This document shows positions 12,060 to 23,995 of a stretch of 64,000 nt of DNA, one piece after another. The notes beneath the pieces were generated by a model. It did not search any database. It saw nothing but the letters and a program-made list of their open reading frames with translations, and was not told where the DNA came from. A program made the position numbers and the translations under genes. Every line of letters begins with the position of its first letter. Within the stretch, counting starts at the first letter, position 1. The DNA is from Octopus vulgaris (taxonomy: Eukaryota), in the NCBI GenBank assembly GCA_951406725.2, contig OX597823.1, positions 72,044,001 through 72,108,000 of the forward strand, read 5' to 3'.

Positions 12060-12533
12060 CTTCTATTTATAAATGTTCTGAAATCTTTCACATCCTTGAA
12101 CTTTTATCTCATTCTGTGAATTTTTTTTTATATACACATGCTGATATGTGACCTACGTTGGACTCCTCATTTGCATAATCACCTAATCTGAGCTTAACTA
12201 TAGTCTGTCCATAGCACTTACTCAGCATTACCTGACACCTTTGGGTCTTCTTGACACCATTACCTCTCATAATCTCTCTCTCTCTCTCTCTCTCTCTCCA
12301 TATATATATATATATATATATATATAAGAGATAATAGTGTCATTGAGACCCAAAGGTGTCAGGTAATGCTGAATAAGTGCTATAGACAGACCATAGTTAA
12401 GTTCCAGATTCGGTAATATTGTGAATAAAGGGTTCAACGTTGGTTCTATGTCAGCGTGAGTATATAAGAATTGTATGCGTAATAAGATAAAAAACCAAGG
12501 CTGTATAGATATTAGAGCATTTATAGATGGAGG

Positions 12534-12585
12534 GTCTTACAGCTGTTTCTAGGATATTAATTAATAATATCCTTTCATCGGAGAC
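12534..12585 (-). ncRNA. Minimal type-I hammerhead ribozyme motif with palindromic stem III
   Basis: Minus strand: GTCT CCGATGA a AGGATATT attaatt AATATCCT a GAAA CAGCTG TA AGAC. Confidence 0.72.
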
Positions 12586-13384
12586 GGTGTGAGAGGAAAA
12601 TTAAGTCATAGTTAGTTTAGATGCGATAAAAAATTGAGAGTGAGGTGGAGGAGAGAAAATAGATGTAAGATATGTATGGGTATTGAAGTTGTAAATCCGT
12701 TTTATAGGCATAATGGTATATATGCAATATTCCAATATCCTTTGAGTAAAATCCAAAAGTCCAACAGAGTTTAATATGAGTCCTTCCAAATATAGAGTGT
12801 TTATAAGCAATGTAAGATTCCCTTATGAGTGAGATCCAGCAGATTTTAAAACTTGGTCGTTCCCAGTAGGAAATTTATATACAGTATTGCTGAGTCAAAG
12901 GTTTGTATTTGAAATGACCTAGAAATAGGGAGTGTATTAGTATGGTTGAATTGAAAACAGAAGAGAGGAATAAAATAAAGGGGAAAAAAGGAAGAGAAAA
13001 AAGAGGAGAGAAAGAAAAAAATGAAAGACAAAGGAGAGAGAAGATTAGTAAAAATAACAAAATAATAAAGATAATAATAATAAAAGATAAAAAATAAAGT
13101 TATATATACAACTTGAACAGACACACATATCAGTACATAAACATACATTTACATGTAGATACACATATACACACATGCAGACACGTCTGCACGCTTAGAT
13201 ACGCAAATGCTCACATACATACGTACATGCATACATACATACATACATACATACAGACATACATACATACATACATATCATGAACCAACTGTTACTCTTT
13301 CAGATGCAGCGCCAAGTTTTGTCAGCGAGCAGAACGCGGTTTCAAAGCGACGAAAATATTTTGACACAAATGAAAATTAAATGG

Positions 13385-13444
<60 letters not shown>

Positions 13445-13809
13445 TATTATTTCTAAATCTCTTGCCAACATAATGTGGCAGTCCTGATTAGGACGAATGT
13501 TACTGTTATTTAACTGCAGAAACATCGTCACCGGCTGGCTATCGACACATTATCTGCACATATTATAATACAGCAAGAAACATTTCAATAGCATAGAAAA
13601 TTTTCACTAAGTTCTTCTGTACTTACCGGTCGTTGCTCCTCTGGAAATTGAGCCTAGAACGAGAGAAAAATACTTTCATTATTTTTTTACTCATAGCAAT
13701 AGACATACAGTATGTAGATTAATACTCGCAAACATTCATTCACAAACACGCATGCACCCATCTACATATATACATATGCACATTATGTATCTATTTTTTC
13801 ATTATTAAG

Positions 13810-13900
13810 TTTTATTTTAAGATTTCTTGGCAATAAAGAGCTGGTTTCTAACCTAGATCCAAGGCTCCTTCATTGGAATTTCCACATCAACAACAGAGTA
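13810..13900 (-). mobile_element. Isolated 3' terminus of the R4/Dong-type LINE family
   Basis: Homologous to 53990-54085 and 57060-57160 (aaagagc(c/t)ggtttctaa(c/t)ctagatcc...ttcattg(g/a)aattt...catcaacaac). Confidence 0.7.
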
Positions 13901-14221
13901 TGCACATATACATGATGTATGTATGCATGCATTTAACTGCGCATGTGTCTGTCTGTCTATCAGTCCATCTGTTTATCTAAGTATCTATCTATCTATCAAT
14001 CAATCTATCTATCTATCTATCTATCTATTTGTCTATAGCAAACCACGACACCACGTGACCTTCCTCGACCAATCGCACCCCACCTTAAGGTAATAAACAA
14101 CTTCTGTCATTCAAAATCAAAATGGCTAACGATTAGCATCTCGCTTGAAACTCAATTTACCAACGAATTTGAATCAATATATATATATATATATATATAT
14201 ATAATTGTGTGTGTATGTGAA

Positions 14222-14223
<2 letters not shown>

Positions 14224-14278
<55 letters not shown>
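14224..14278. repeat. (AG)n microsatellite
   Basis: Directly visible. Confidence 0.98.
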
Positions 14279-14280
<2 letters not shown>

Positions 14281-14520
14281 CATGTGGCCTAGTGTTTAAG
14301 GTGTTCGAAATCACTGTCAACAGGTTGTGGTCTTGGTTCACATTACATTCTGGTGCAAAAAAAAAAAATTCAACTTACGTTGCTCTACGATAACTTCGAC
14401 ACCCGATGTGTGGTACACTGTGCACCTGTACAAGCAGCATCGATTTAACGTACAGTACAAATATTTGATCACTTAAACAAATCTTCTGTGTAGTTTGTTA
14501 AGCTCTTATTCGCTGAGCAG
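14279..14520 (+). mobile_element. Degenerate SINE family C
   Basis: ggcatgtggcctagtgtttaaggtg head; body similar to 15549-15855 (acgttgctct...cacctgtac...tcgattta...atttgatcact). Confidence 0.65.
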
Positions 14521-14529
14521 ATTTTTCAC

Positions 14530-14870
14530 TTTCTCTCAGCGTCCTCTGTTCGGATTGAGGCATAGAACACAAACCCCAATATCAGTAGCGAGGCCCGTCA
14601 GCATAGGCTGGTTTACCCCCGCAGCATCATGTTGGTTCCATACCCCTGTAAGCAACATCAAATTCACTCATCCGTCCACAAACATTCTCCAAGCTTTCCT
14701 ATCGTTTATAAACTCTCTTGCTTTTCTCACTCCAACACTAACCAGCAAAACTTTCTTCACTCCATCCTTCCACACAAACCAAGGTCTGCCTATGGTTCTG
14801 CCATCTACCACTTCTGCCTTCATCACCCTCTTTACCACCCTCTCCATGTGGCCAAACCACCTCAACATTC
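14530..14870 (-). mobile_element. RTE-clade LINE 3' remnant
   Basis: ORF 14668-14868 reads LRWFGHMER...GRP...WKDGVKK...DRKAWR, the typical RTE C-terminal motif series. Confidence 0.85.
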
Positions 14871-15505
14871 GTGTATATATATTAAGTTAACCTTGTGTTA
14901 AGACAAAAAGGTTAACACATAAAGTACACACACATAAATACGTACACATATATTCATATGTATATCCCTGTGTGTAATTTCTGTATGTCCTCGTGTTAAA
15001 ATTGTCTTTATAAAAATACTGGCAATTATGATTTCAACTCGCATATCTGCTAAGTTTTCAAAATAAAAATTAGACTGAGAGAAAGAAAGGGAGGAATACA
15101 TTGAGAGTAAGAGAGAGTGAGAATGAGCAAGAATTAAGAGAAAATCATCATTATCTCACCTGTACATTAGATCTAATGATAGATATATGTAGTATTATCC
15201 AAAGGGCTAGATCATCAATTGTTAAATTCATGGTGAATATGTGAATAAACAAGACAAAAAACTACATCAACAATAAATAAACGAAAACAAAACAAATATC
15301 ACACAATTTAGTAACATGGGAGTTAAGAATGGAAGGTAAGCTACTAAGCTAGAAAAAGACTATCAGATTTTCATTATTTAATAGAAGGTGCCTAAAGCAA
15401 ACTGTTCCAGATTGCTATCAAACTGCATTGTGATATGGGAAAATAATGTTTATAGAATATATGTGCGTGTGTGTGTGTGTGTGTTTGTGTATGTGAGAGT
15501 GTGTT

Positions 15506-15547
<42 letters not shown>

Positions 15548-15548
15548 A

Positions 15549-15855
15549 GGCGCATGGTTTAATGTTTAAGGTGTTGCACTCATGATTGCGAGATCGGGGG
15601 TTCGATTCCGAGACCGGGCGTTGCGTTGTGTTCTTGAGAGAAGCACTTCATTTCACGTTGTTCTGTAATCATTTCAAAACCTTACGTGTAGCACCCAGTT
15701 GCACACCTATACAGGTAATGTCGATTTGATGGAGGGAGTGAGTGAGCTTATGTCTACAAAAACATTTGATCACTATAATCAAATTATCTGTGAGGTTGTT
15801 CGGTAAGAAACTATCGAATCCTCATACGTCGTCTAACGACTGGAGAATCCATTAT
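15549..15855 (+). mobile_element. SINE family C (tRNA-derived)
   Basis: ggcgcatggtttaatgtttaagg (A-box), ggttcgattcc (B-box), then gttgtgttcttgag...cacttcatttcacgttg. Confidence 0.85.
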
Positions 15856-16101
15856 ATGATATATATATATATTGTATATGTACATACATATACACATATT
15901 CATATATATTATACATATTCTTATTTTTTATCTTTTTACCTGTTCCAGTCAATATACTGTACCCATTCTGGGACACGGCACTCGAATGAATCGACCCTAG
16001 TACTTACTTTTTTAAAACTAAATTTATATTTTTTTGCCGAACCGCTAAGTGACGAGACGTTAAACAAACCAGCCGGTGGCAGTGGGGAAACAGATACAAT
16101 G

Positions 16102-16160
<59 letters not shown>

Positions 16161-16172
16161 ATATATGTAATA

Positions 16173-17315
16173 CTAGCATTATGACCCGTCGTTGCCGGGT
16201 CATAGTGCTAGTGCATGTATATATGTGTATATATATGTGTACATATTACATGTACATCTATATATATATACATCTAAACATAAAATACAAAAGACAAAGT
16301 AATATCTTGATATAGCTAGTGATAACAATACTGAAAATATATAACAGACTGGAATTGTTAGCCCGTCTCTTGCAATTTCGATCAATTGTATCTTGTCCTT
16401 GTATAGAAGTGTGGCTACAATCCAGCCTACCTCTACTGCTGGGTGTGTGTGTGGGGGGGCATTTTAATTTTTATCCGGGACGTCCTACGTTCCAGATATA
16501 CAGGCAAAAATAAAATATTTCCACTTTGCAAGTTCGAGTCGAGTACTCCCTTGCACGCTCCGTTGACTCGAACCTTGCTTCTATTGTGGCGAATTTACCG
16601 CCTCTGGTTAGATATCTTTCATAGTCGCACCAAGACACTTTTCGATGGTGCTTTCCTCCAGGTGTTCAAATCTTTTTTCTCTGCATTGTATACTTTATAG
16701 ACAATAGTCTTTTCTTTAATTGAAATTTTTTATTATCCATCTGGACTATTCCATTTCTGCACGCTAATTTTATTTTTAATTTATTCCTATTCATGTGAAA
16801 CCACTTATTCAAGTTCAAGTCATTTTATACCAATTGCTATTTTTACTTTTGTTATGTTACGATTACATTATACTTTAGTTTGATTTTAATTATTACTTAC
16901 TACATATAATTCAATTGTTATTATTTTTATTGTTAAAGTGAAAGTATCTGACAAAATAGAGAAATGTTTTTGTTTCACTTTTAACACGTAATACTGAAAT
17001 AGTGGAGAAGATATGATATTGCTATGGACTCGCTCTAGGCAAGAGGTTGAACTACATGGACCCTAAGTAAGGCATGTGTAAATTTTGAATGAAATTGGTT
17101 GTGTAGTTCTCAAGTTTTAGGGAATCGTAGTGGAGAAGATATAATATTGCTGTGGGCTCGCCCTAGGCAAAAAGTTAAAAGATTTTTTTGCCGATAACAC
17201 TCCCTGGACCCTAAGTAAGGCATGTGTAAAATTTGAATGAAATTGATTGTGTAGTTCTCAAGTTTTAGGGAAACACACAGACAGACAGACACCCATTCCC
17301 AGTTTTATATATATA
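16173..17315 (-). mobile_element. Non-autonomous Helitron
   Basis: Minus strand starts ~tatatatataaaactgggaatgggtgtctgtctgtctgtg and ends with GC-rich hairpin gacccggcaacgacgggtc followed by ataatgCTAG then T; internal ~130-bp tandem duplication at ~17000-17270. The 5' TC is not intact. Confidence 0.78.
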
Positions 17316-17530
17316 CACATATATATATAAATATATACAGATATAGGGTGAAATATAATTAATTTAATAAAATCAACAAATTTCACCTAGTAGTATTTCG
17401 GTATGGAAAAGGACAATATTCGGTAAAAACTTATATAATTATAACAATAAGGGTTTTTTTGCAACAAGTTGCTTAAGCACATACCGAACATTTTATAAAT
17501 AGCAGCCAAAGGTCTGCTATTTCCTTTTAC

Positions 17531-17584
17531 TACAAAGATATGCCTCCACAGACAACAATATTGTTGTCTGTGGAGACATATTTT

Positions 17585-17588
<4 letters not shown>
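17531..17588. repeat. Spacerless 58-bp near-perfect palindrome
   Basis: tacaaagatatgcctccacagacaacaat|attgttgtctgtggagacatatttttgta. Confidence 0.93.
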
Positions 17589-17628
<40 letters not shown>

Positions 17629-17802
17629 GGGTTTTGTATGATTGTGTATAGAGGGATATATTTTATTCAAAGGAATTCCAATTATGTCTGTTTTTATGCT
17701 TTATTTATATTCTTTATAATATTAACGTAGAATATAGAATATATAGTATAAATAGTATATATAGTAAAATGAAATGAAATATTGATTGCCTTATTGAATA
17801 GA

Positions 17803-17893
17803 TGAAATATTGAATATCAAATATTAAGGGACTAGTATACTTTCTTGCATTTACGCAGTCTTCAAGGTCCCAGGTTGTGACAGGAATATTTCA

Positions 17894-17928
<35 letters not shown>

Positions 17929-18032
17929 CACACACACACACACACAAATATTCCTGTCACAACCTGGGACCTTGAAGACTGCGTAAATGCAAGAAAGTAT
18001 ACTAGTCCCTTAATATTTGATATTCAATATTT

Positions 18033-18034
<2 letters not shown>
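17803..18034. repeat. Perfect 89-bp inverted repeat around a (CA)n(TA)n(CA)n spacer
   Basis: 17803-17891 is the reverse complement of 17946-18034, with no mismatch seen. Confidence 0.95.
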
Positions 18035-18091
<57 letters not shown>

Positions 18092-18104
18092 ATGTGTGTG
18101 ATGT

Positions 18105-18258
18105 GTTTCATTCAGTTTACCTCTGTCAAATCCACTCACTAGAATTTGGGCATTTTGAAGCTATAATAGAAAACACTTGGCCAAGGTGCTTCATACTACG
18201 ACTGAATACAGAACAATGTATTTGGGAAGCAAGCTTTTTTACTACATAGCCACGCCTG

Positions 18259-18262
<4 letters not shown>
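18105..18262 (-). mobile_element. Degenerate 5' half of SINE family A
   Basis: ttcagtttacctctgtcaaatccactcac...ctataatagaaaacacttggccaaggtg...tactacatagccacgcctg. Confidence 0.75.
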
Positions 18263-18324
<62 letters not shown>

Positions 18325-18327
<3 letters not shown>

Positions 18328-18473
18328 TTATTGCCCACAGGGTGCTAAACATAGAGGGGATGAATAAGGACAGGCAAAGGGATTAAGTCGATTACATCGA
18401 CTCCAGCGCGTAACTGGTACTTATTTAATCGAACCCGAAAGGATGAAAGGCAAAGTCGACCTCGGCAGAATTT
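18325..18473 (-). mobile_element. 5'-truncated SINE family B
   Basis: ttattgcccacagggtgctaaac...aaggatgaaaggcaaagtcgacctcggcagaatttga. Confidence 0.88.
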
Positions 18474-18925
18474 GATCACTGATCATCGTCCCTGCAAAAT
18501 TTCAGCAATGCTTGTGCATGAGGTTATTGCACCCACGTTCGGCCTCACGCAGGTTAGCGGCCGTAGTTTTTTTCTTGCACGTCACGGGACTATTCTACTC
18601 GACTGTGCATCGGAAGTCGTCTCAACGGTAATTGCACAGCCCAAAATTTTAGGTATAATGAGGCTTGCGTAACACCATCCAGGGCCTCTCCACCTTATTG
18701 ATTCTAGATGCATACACAAATTTAGTCAATAAAGATTTCTCATTAACACCTGCCCATTACGTCCTAACGTTCGACTAAAGTACCATCAAACTGAACCCCA
18801 TATACCTTACAAAACATTTATCACAATTTTATAAGGCTAATATTAACTTGAATACATTACAGTCCAACGATAACCTAGCAGTCACTGTTGATGTTATTCT
18901 TGTTAAAGAATTATGCACGCACACA

Positions 18926-18970
<45 letters not shown>

Positions 18971-19117
18971 ACACACACACAAACACAACACACACGTATA
19001 TGAACATATATTTATATATATATATGTACATATATATATATTTACATATATATATATATGTCCGAATATATATGTGTGTGTGTATATATATATGTACAGA
19101 TATGAAAGCATATATAC

Positions 19118-19156
<39 letters not shown>

Positions 19157-19544
19157 TATATATATATATATATATACATACATATATATATATATACACA
19201 CATATATATATATAGATATACATACACATATACATACACACACACACATATTTATATATATACATATATATATATCTGTACATGCATATATATACGTATG
19301 TATGTATGTATTTTATAAGTGCCAACGAACAATATTCTTCTCATTGGGTCACTCTGTTGCCTCTGCTAAATATTAATAATCAATATCATTGATTATCTAC
19401 ACATATATTTACACACACAAACACAAGCGTATGTGTGCATATGTGGTGTGTGTTTGTGTGTGTTTGTGTGTGTGTGTATACATATATATATATATATCGC
19501 GTCGAATTCCGCTGTTGATGTAACTTTACAATCCTGAAGTTAGG

Positions 19545-19760
19545 TGTCTGTCCTCCATCAACACTGGTCAACCAGTATTGTTGCTTTTACGTCCCTCTAA
19601 ATTTGCCGTTCGGTAAAAGAAACCGAAAGAATAAGTACCAAGTTTTAAGGAAAAAAATAATATATACACAGGACGAATCAACGGACTAAAATCTTTCAAG
19701 ACGCTGCCCCAGCATGGCCGCAACCTAATGATTGAAATACGTAAAAGTTAAAAGTCTAAG
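19545..19760 (+). mobile_element. SINE family A, 3' half
   Basis: gttcggtaaaagaaaccgaaagaataagtacc...ccagcatggccgcaacctaatgattgaaa. Confidence 0.78.
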
Positions 19761-20488
19761 ATATAACACATCGATATAAAAATGAAGTTTGAATTTTATA
19801 TAACTTACACTCCATTGGGATTATTTCATATTTACAAGGATGCTATCTACAAATTCCTGAAGTGTTTTTCCTTGTTTAAACTTTAAATACTATCAACCTA
19901 TGTCGAGTAAACCAATTATGAAGGATTCATATCTGAAAATATGACAATTAAACTTTGACATCTCATTTACATATCGATATACTCACTCACAGCTACAAAT
20001 ACATATATGCAAGCACCCCGACACAATCACACATATCAGACATACACACTCACACTCATACAGATAATAATTACCATTGTAACCCCCAGCATCAAAGAAT
20101 CATTAGAAACTAATCTTCATCTGAATACGACGCCTGTCTTTTGCAGACAATTTTCTGTTATGTATCCCCGACGGATGGCTGAACCAAAGAATACAGTTAA
20201 AATTTATTTGTAAAATACAGTTTTGAAATTACCCGAGGCAACCTGAAATCATGAGTAAACAGTTAGCAGTCCGATTTCGCACACAGTTGGAGATGAAATG
20301 CTGTTTTGAATTGAGTATGGAATTTTGTTTTCTAGATTCCACATTCGTTCACCACATGCACGTGCAAGCATACGATTAAGCATTTAGCTAAACACAAGCA
20401 TACGTACATATACATGCACAAACACACAGAAGCACACACGCATATATATTAGTATATGTCAATCTCTCCCTGTCTGTCTCTCTGTCTC

Positions 20489-20524
<36 letters not shown>

Positions 20525-20573
20525 AATAAATATATATATATATATGCATATACATACATACATATATATATAC

Positions 20574-20630
<57 letters not shown>

Positions 20631-21239
20631 CATACATACATACATATATGTATACATTTATAGACTTCTCGTTGTCGGCTGGCCACCTGTTAATTCCATC
20701 TCCCAGGGTAACCCGGTAGTGTGCTTACATTTGGAACTCACTTCAACTGAAAATAAATATATTAATAACAATAATAACTTGTAGATGGAAATTCATGTTT
20801 CTGCACCTCGGATGATCATTAGGCATCACTTTTTCATTTCAAAAAATATTATTTAAGATTACTCTTAAAATTTATGAATCTCAAATTTCTTCTCCGCTTC
20901 ATATCAATATGAGAGATTCTTCAGTTATTGCATTTATGCTAAGATCAATCTTAAGTAATATCTTATGAGTATGAAAGATTGTTACGTATTGATCGTGCCG
21001 GGTGCGGAGACATATATTGAGATGCATTAATAAAGCCTATGAATTCCAGTTGTAAAAGTTCACGATCACCCTCTTTTCCTGGCGGGTAAAGTCAATCTAT
21101 ATCTGGGTGACGCATTCTATGCATTGTCAAACATTACCGTATTTTTATGTGAAGATTACATATTTCAGTAAATGACCAGTTAATAATAATATTGAAACTG
21201 TTAGTGACAACCTGAATAACTAAAGTATTGATCGCTTCG

Positions 21240-21835
21240 ATCCTTTTTCTTGTGTTCAGGTCTGTTTGTGTATTGCCCCTGCCCCGCGATAACTTTCTTT
21301 TCTGATCTTTTCCCTAATCATTGTTTGATTCCATCACTTTCAAGTAACCCTAGGTATTTGTAGCCCTCCGTTGGTTCTTAATCATGACATTCTATTGGCC
21401 AAGATTAACGTTGGATGTTTCTATCATTTTCCCTCTGATAAATGTAGCTTTTGCACATTTATCGAGGCCAAACTCTATCCTGATGTCATCACTGAACTGT
21501 TTAAAAATTGCTAATAAGCATTGCAGTTGTTGGTCACTTTTTGCAAAGTTTTAAACCATCCATGTTAAAGAGATGATTTATATTTTTATCAAACATTTTA
21601 CATATATTGTGCATCATCAAGCAATTTCGAAAGCAGTATTAAGGCTACACAAAACAGGAGTGGTGATAAAGAGCCATCTCCAGTATTGAAAGATTCATTG
21701 TCACTGTTCACAATCAGTGTGGTTTTCCATGATCTCATACTTACAAATATGAAGTTTCGCAGAGTAGGTGCTATCTTATAAATTTACAAACATTTCTTAA
21801 TCCACCTATGTGGTAGACTATCAAATGCTATAGTT
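21240..21835 (-). pseudogene. R4/Dong-type LINE reverse-transcriptase fragment
   Basis: Minus-strand reading gives FDSLPHRWIKKCL, GDGSLSPLLFCVAL, INHLFNMDGLK (degenerate YMDDLK), DIRIEFGLDKCAK and YKYLG. Confidence 0.85.
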
Positions 21836-22480
21836 ATCATTATTGTTATAATCTTTCATATATATATATATATATATATATAAGAGAAAAGTGATGGCTC
21901 TGGGAAAACAATGGCTGTGTTATGAAGTACTTTAGCTTGCGGCTGTTTCTGCTATTCGATGCAATGAACTTATAGTTGAGTGTCTGAATAACATACTGCA
22001 TCTTTATCGGAGCCTCAAATATGAAGTGAAATTCATTTTGGGGGTTAAAAAAACCCAAAGAATTACAGTTGTGCAGATTTACAAAAAATGCATTACCAGT
22101 GAGAAAACCATTACTGATATATATAATAAAAATGTGTATGCCAAAAAGGCAATTAGATTTACTCGTAGAAAAAAAGTCCTGGATTCGATTTCTGCGACTA
22201 AGGCCTTTTATGGCGGTATATATATATACACGCACGTACGCACTCGAAAAATGTACGCTGGCACAGCCATATACACACTGCAGAGTTGCACAGAGATGCG
22301 CAGGCACACACACTCACACACACACACATCTGTGCGTGTGTGTGTATATGTGTGTGTGTATGTGTGCGTGTGTATACATTTGCATGTATATGCACATACA
22401 CGAAGAAAATCATGTCCACAGACGTAACACATTACAGTTCTGCACCATATTTTTAATCCTTTAATTCTCAACGTCTAAGC

Positions 22481-22531
<51 letters not shown>

Positions 22532-22675
22532 TGTAGTTATATATATGTGTGTGTATATATTTATATATAAGTACGTATATATATGTTTATATGTATATAT
22601 ATATGTATATTATATATGTATAAATAAATATACATATACGTGTATATATATATGTATATATATATATTTATATAC

Positions 22676-22735
<60 letters not shown>

Positions 22736-22739
22736 AAAT

Positions 22740-22774
<35 letters not shown>

Positions 22775-22789
22775 TACTGAGTCACTAAC

Positions 22790-22955
22790 TTGATAGATTT
22801 TAGTCAAACGAATAGAACCCACCACTTTTATTTTCCTCAAAGCCTGGTACTTAATCGGTCGGTCTCTTTTGTCGAATTGCTAAGTTACTGGTACGTAAAG
22901 AAACCGATAACCGTTGCCAAACGGTCGTAGGGGATAAACACAGACACAAAAGCGC
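22790..22955 (-). mobile_element. SINE family A 3' fragment
   Basis: tttagtcaaacgaatagaac...aagcctggtactt...ggtctcttttgtcgaattgctaagtta...ataaacacagacac. Confidence 0.72.
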
Positions 22956-23585
22956 ACACGCAGACATGACAGACACATGACATACATACATACATGTAGA
23001 TAATATTATTGAAATTAATATTTCCGGATATATATGTTAATACAACATTTTCAAGGCGATCCAAACTGAGTTAAGTTCAAAATGAACTAAGGAAATATTT
23101 CCAGTACACGAACGCACTGTGCAATCATTACGATGCAATGGCTGTGATATAGTTTATAGATACACATATGAATGCATGAATCTATAAACTATAGGTCGTC
23201 ATCCGCAAGCGTGTATAATTTAGTTGTTTTAAGGACTTATATCATCGCAAGCAGACGTTGAGACATTTTACCCTAACCACACATAAGCAACAAAAGATCG
23301 AGGATGTAATAGAATGAAGGAAGGTGAGTTATTATATCAATACTTGGATGCTATATATCTTCAACTGAATTAAGTGAACCAATGTAAGATGATTTTCCTT
23401 GCCTAAAGAAACAAGAGTCGAACCCACTAACACTAATACACTTGCACACACACGCATGCACACACACATACGCACACACACACACACATATATATATATA
23501 TAGCTTCGAAAGTCCCGTCTGTGTGTTTTTTGTCGTCTTCTAAATGTTTCACGTTCTTGTCCCAGTTTGTGTTTTTTTTAATTTT

Positions 23586-23632
<47 letters not shown>

Positions 23633-23654
23633 CGGAAGCAACAGAGTGGCCCAA

Positions 23655-23692
23655 GGTCCGAGAGTTTCGTGCGTTGGTACTTATCAAAAACC
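23655..23692 (-). ncRNA. Minimal hammerhead motif, U3/A8 compensatory variant, in a short repeat inside (TA)n
   Basis: Minus strand: GGTTT TTGATAA GTAC caac GCAC GAAA ctc TC GGACC; related degenerate copy at ~19311-19365 (+). Confidence 0.55.
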
Positions 23693-23701
23693 CACATATA
23701 G

Positions 23702-23754
<53 letters not shown>

Positions 23755-23759
23755 TATAT

Positions 23760-23995
23760 TCTTTTACATATTTCAGTCAGTTGAGTGAGGCTATGCTGGA
23801 GCACCGCCATAAAAGGTCTTAGTCGCAGAAATCGAATCCAGGACTTATTTATTCCAAGCTTAGTATATATTCTATCGGTTTCTTTTGCCGAACCACTAAG
23901 TTATGGAGATGTAAACACACAAATATCGGTTGTCTAGCGATGGTAGGCAACAAACACAGAGACACACATAAGTATACATACGACTGTCTTCTTTC
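23760..23995 (-). mobile_element. SINE family A, 3' half
   Basis: atgctggagcaccgcc...ccaggacttatt...tctatcggtttcttttgccgaaccactaagtta. Confidence 0.85.

Larger units (their letters stand above)
12000..12600. repeat. ~270-bp inverted repeat pair around (CT)n(TA)n, each arm carrying a hammerhead (inverted pLTR-like)
   Basis: For example cagcattacctgacacctttgggtct (left) vs agacccaaaggtgtcaggtaatgctg (right), and tctcacaccgtc vs gacggtgtgaga. Confidence 0.9.

Noticed and set aside
14040-14170. Cluster of CACGTG, CCAAT and AAAATGGC promoter-like motifs
   Set aside because: Short motifs between microsatellites with no associated gene; likely chance or a transposon remnant.
18480-18760. Possible Tc1-like transposase N-terminal relic
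   Set aside because: Too degenerate; no TIR pair or catalytic motif identified.
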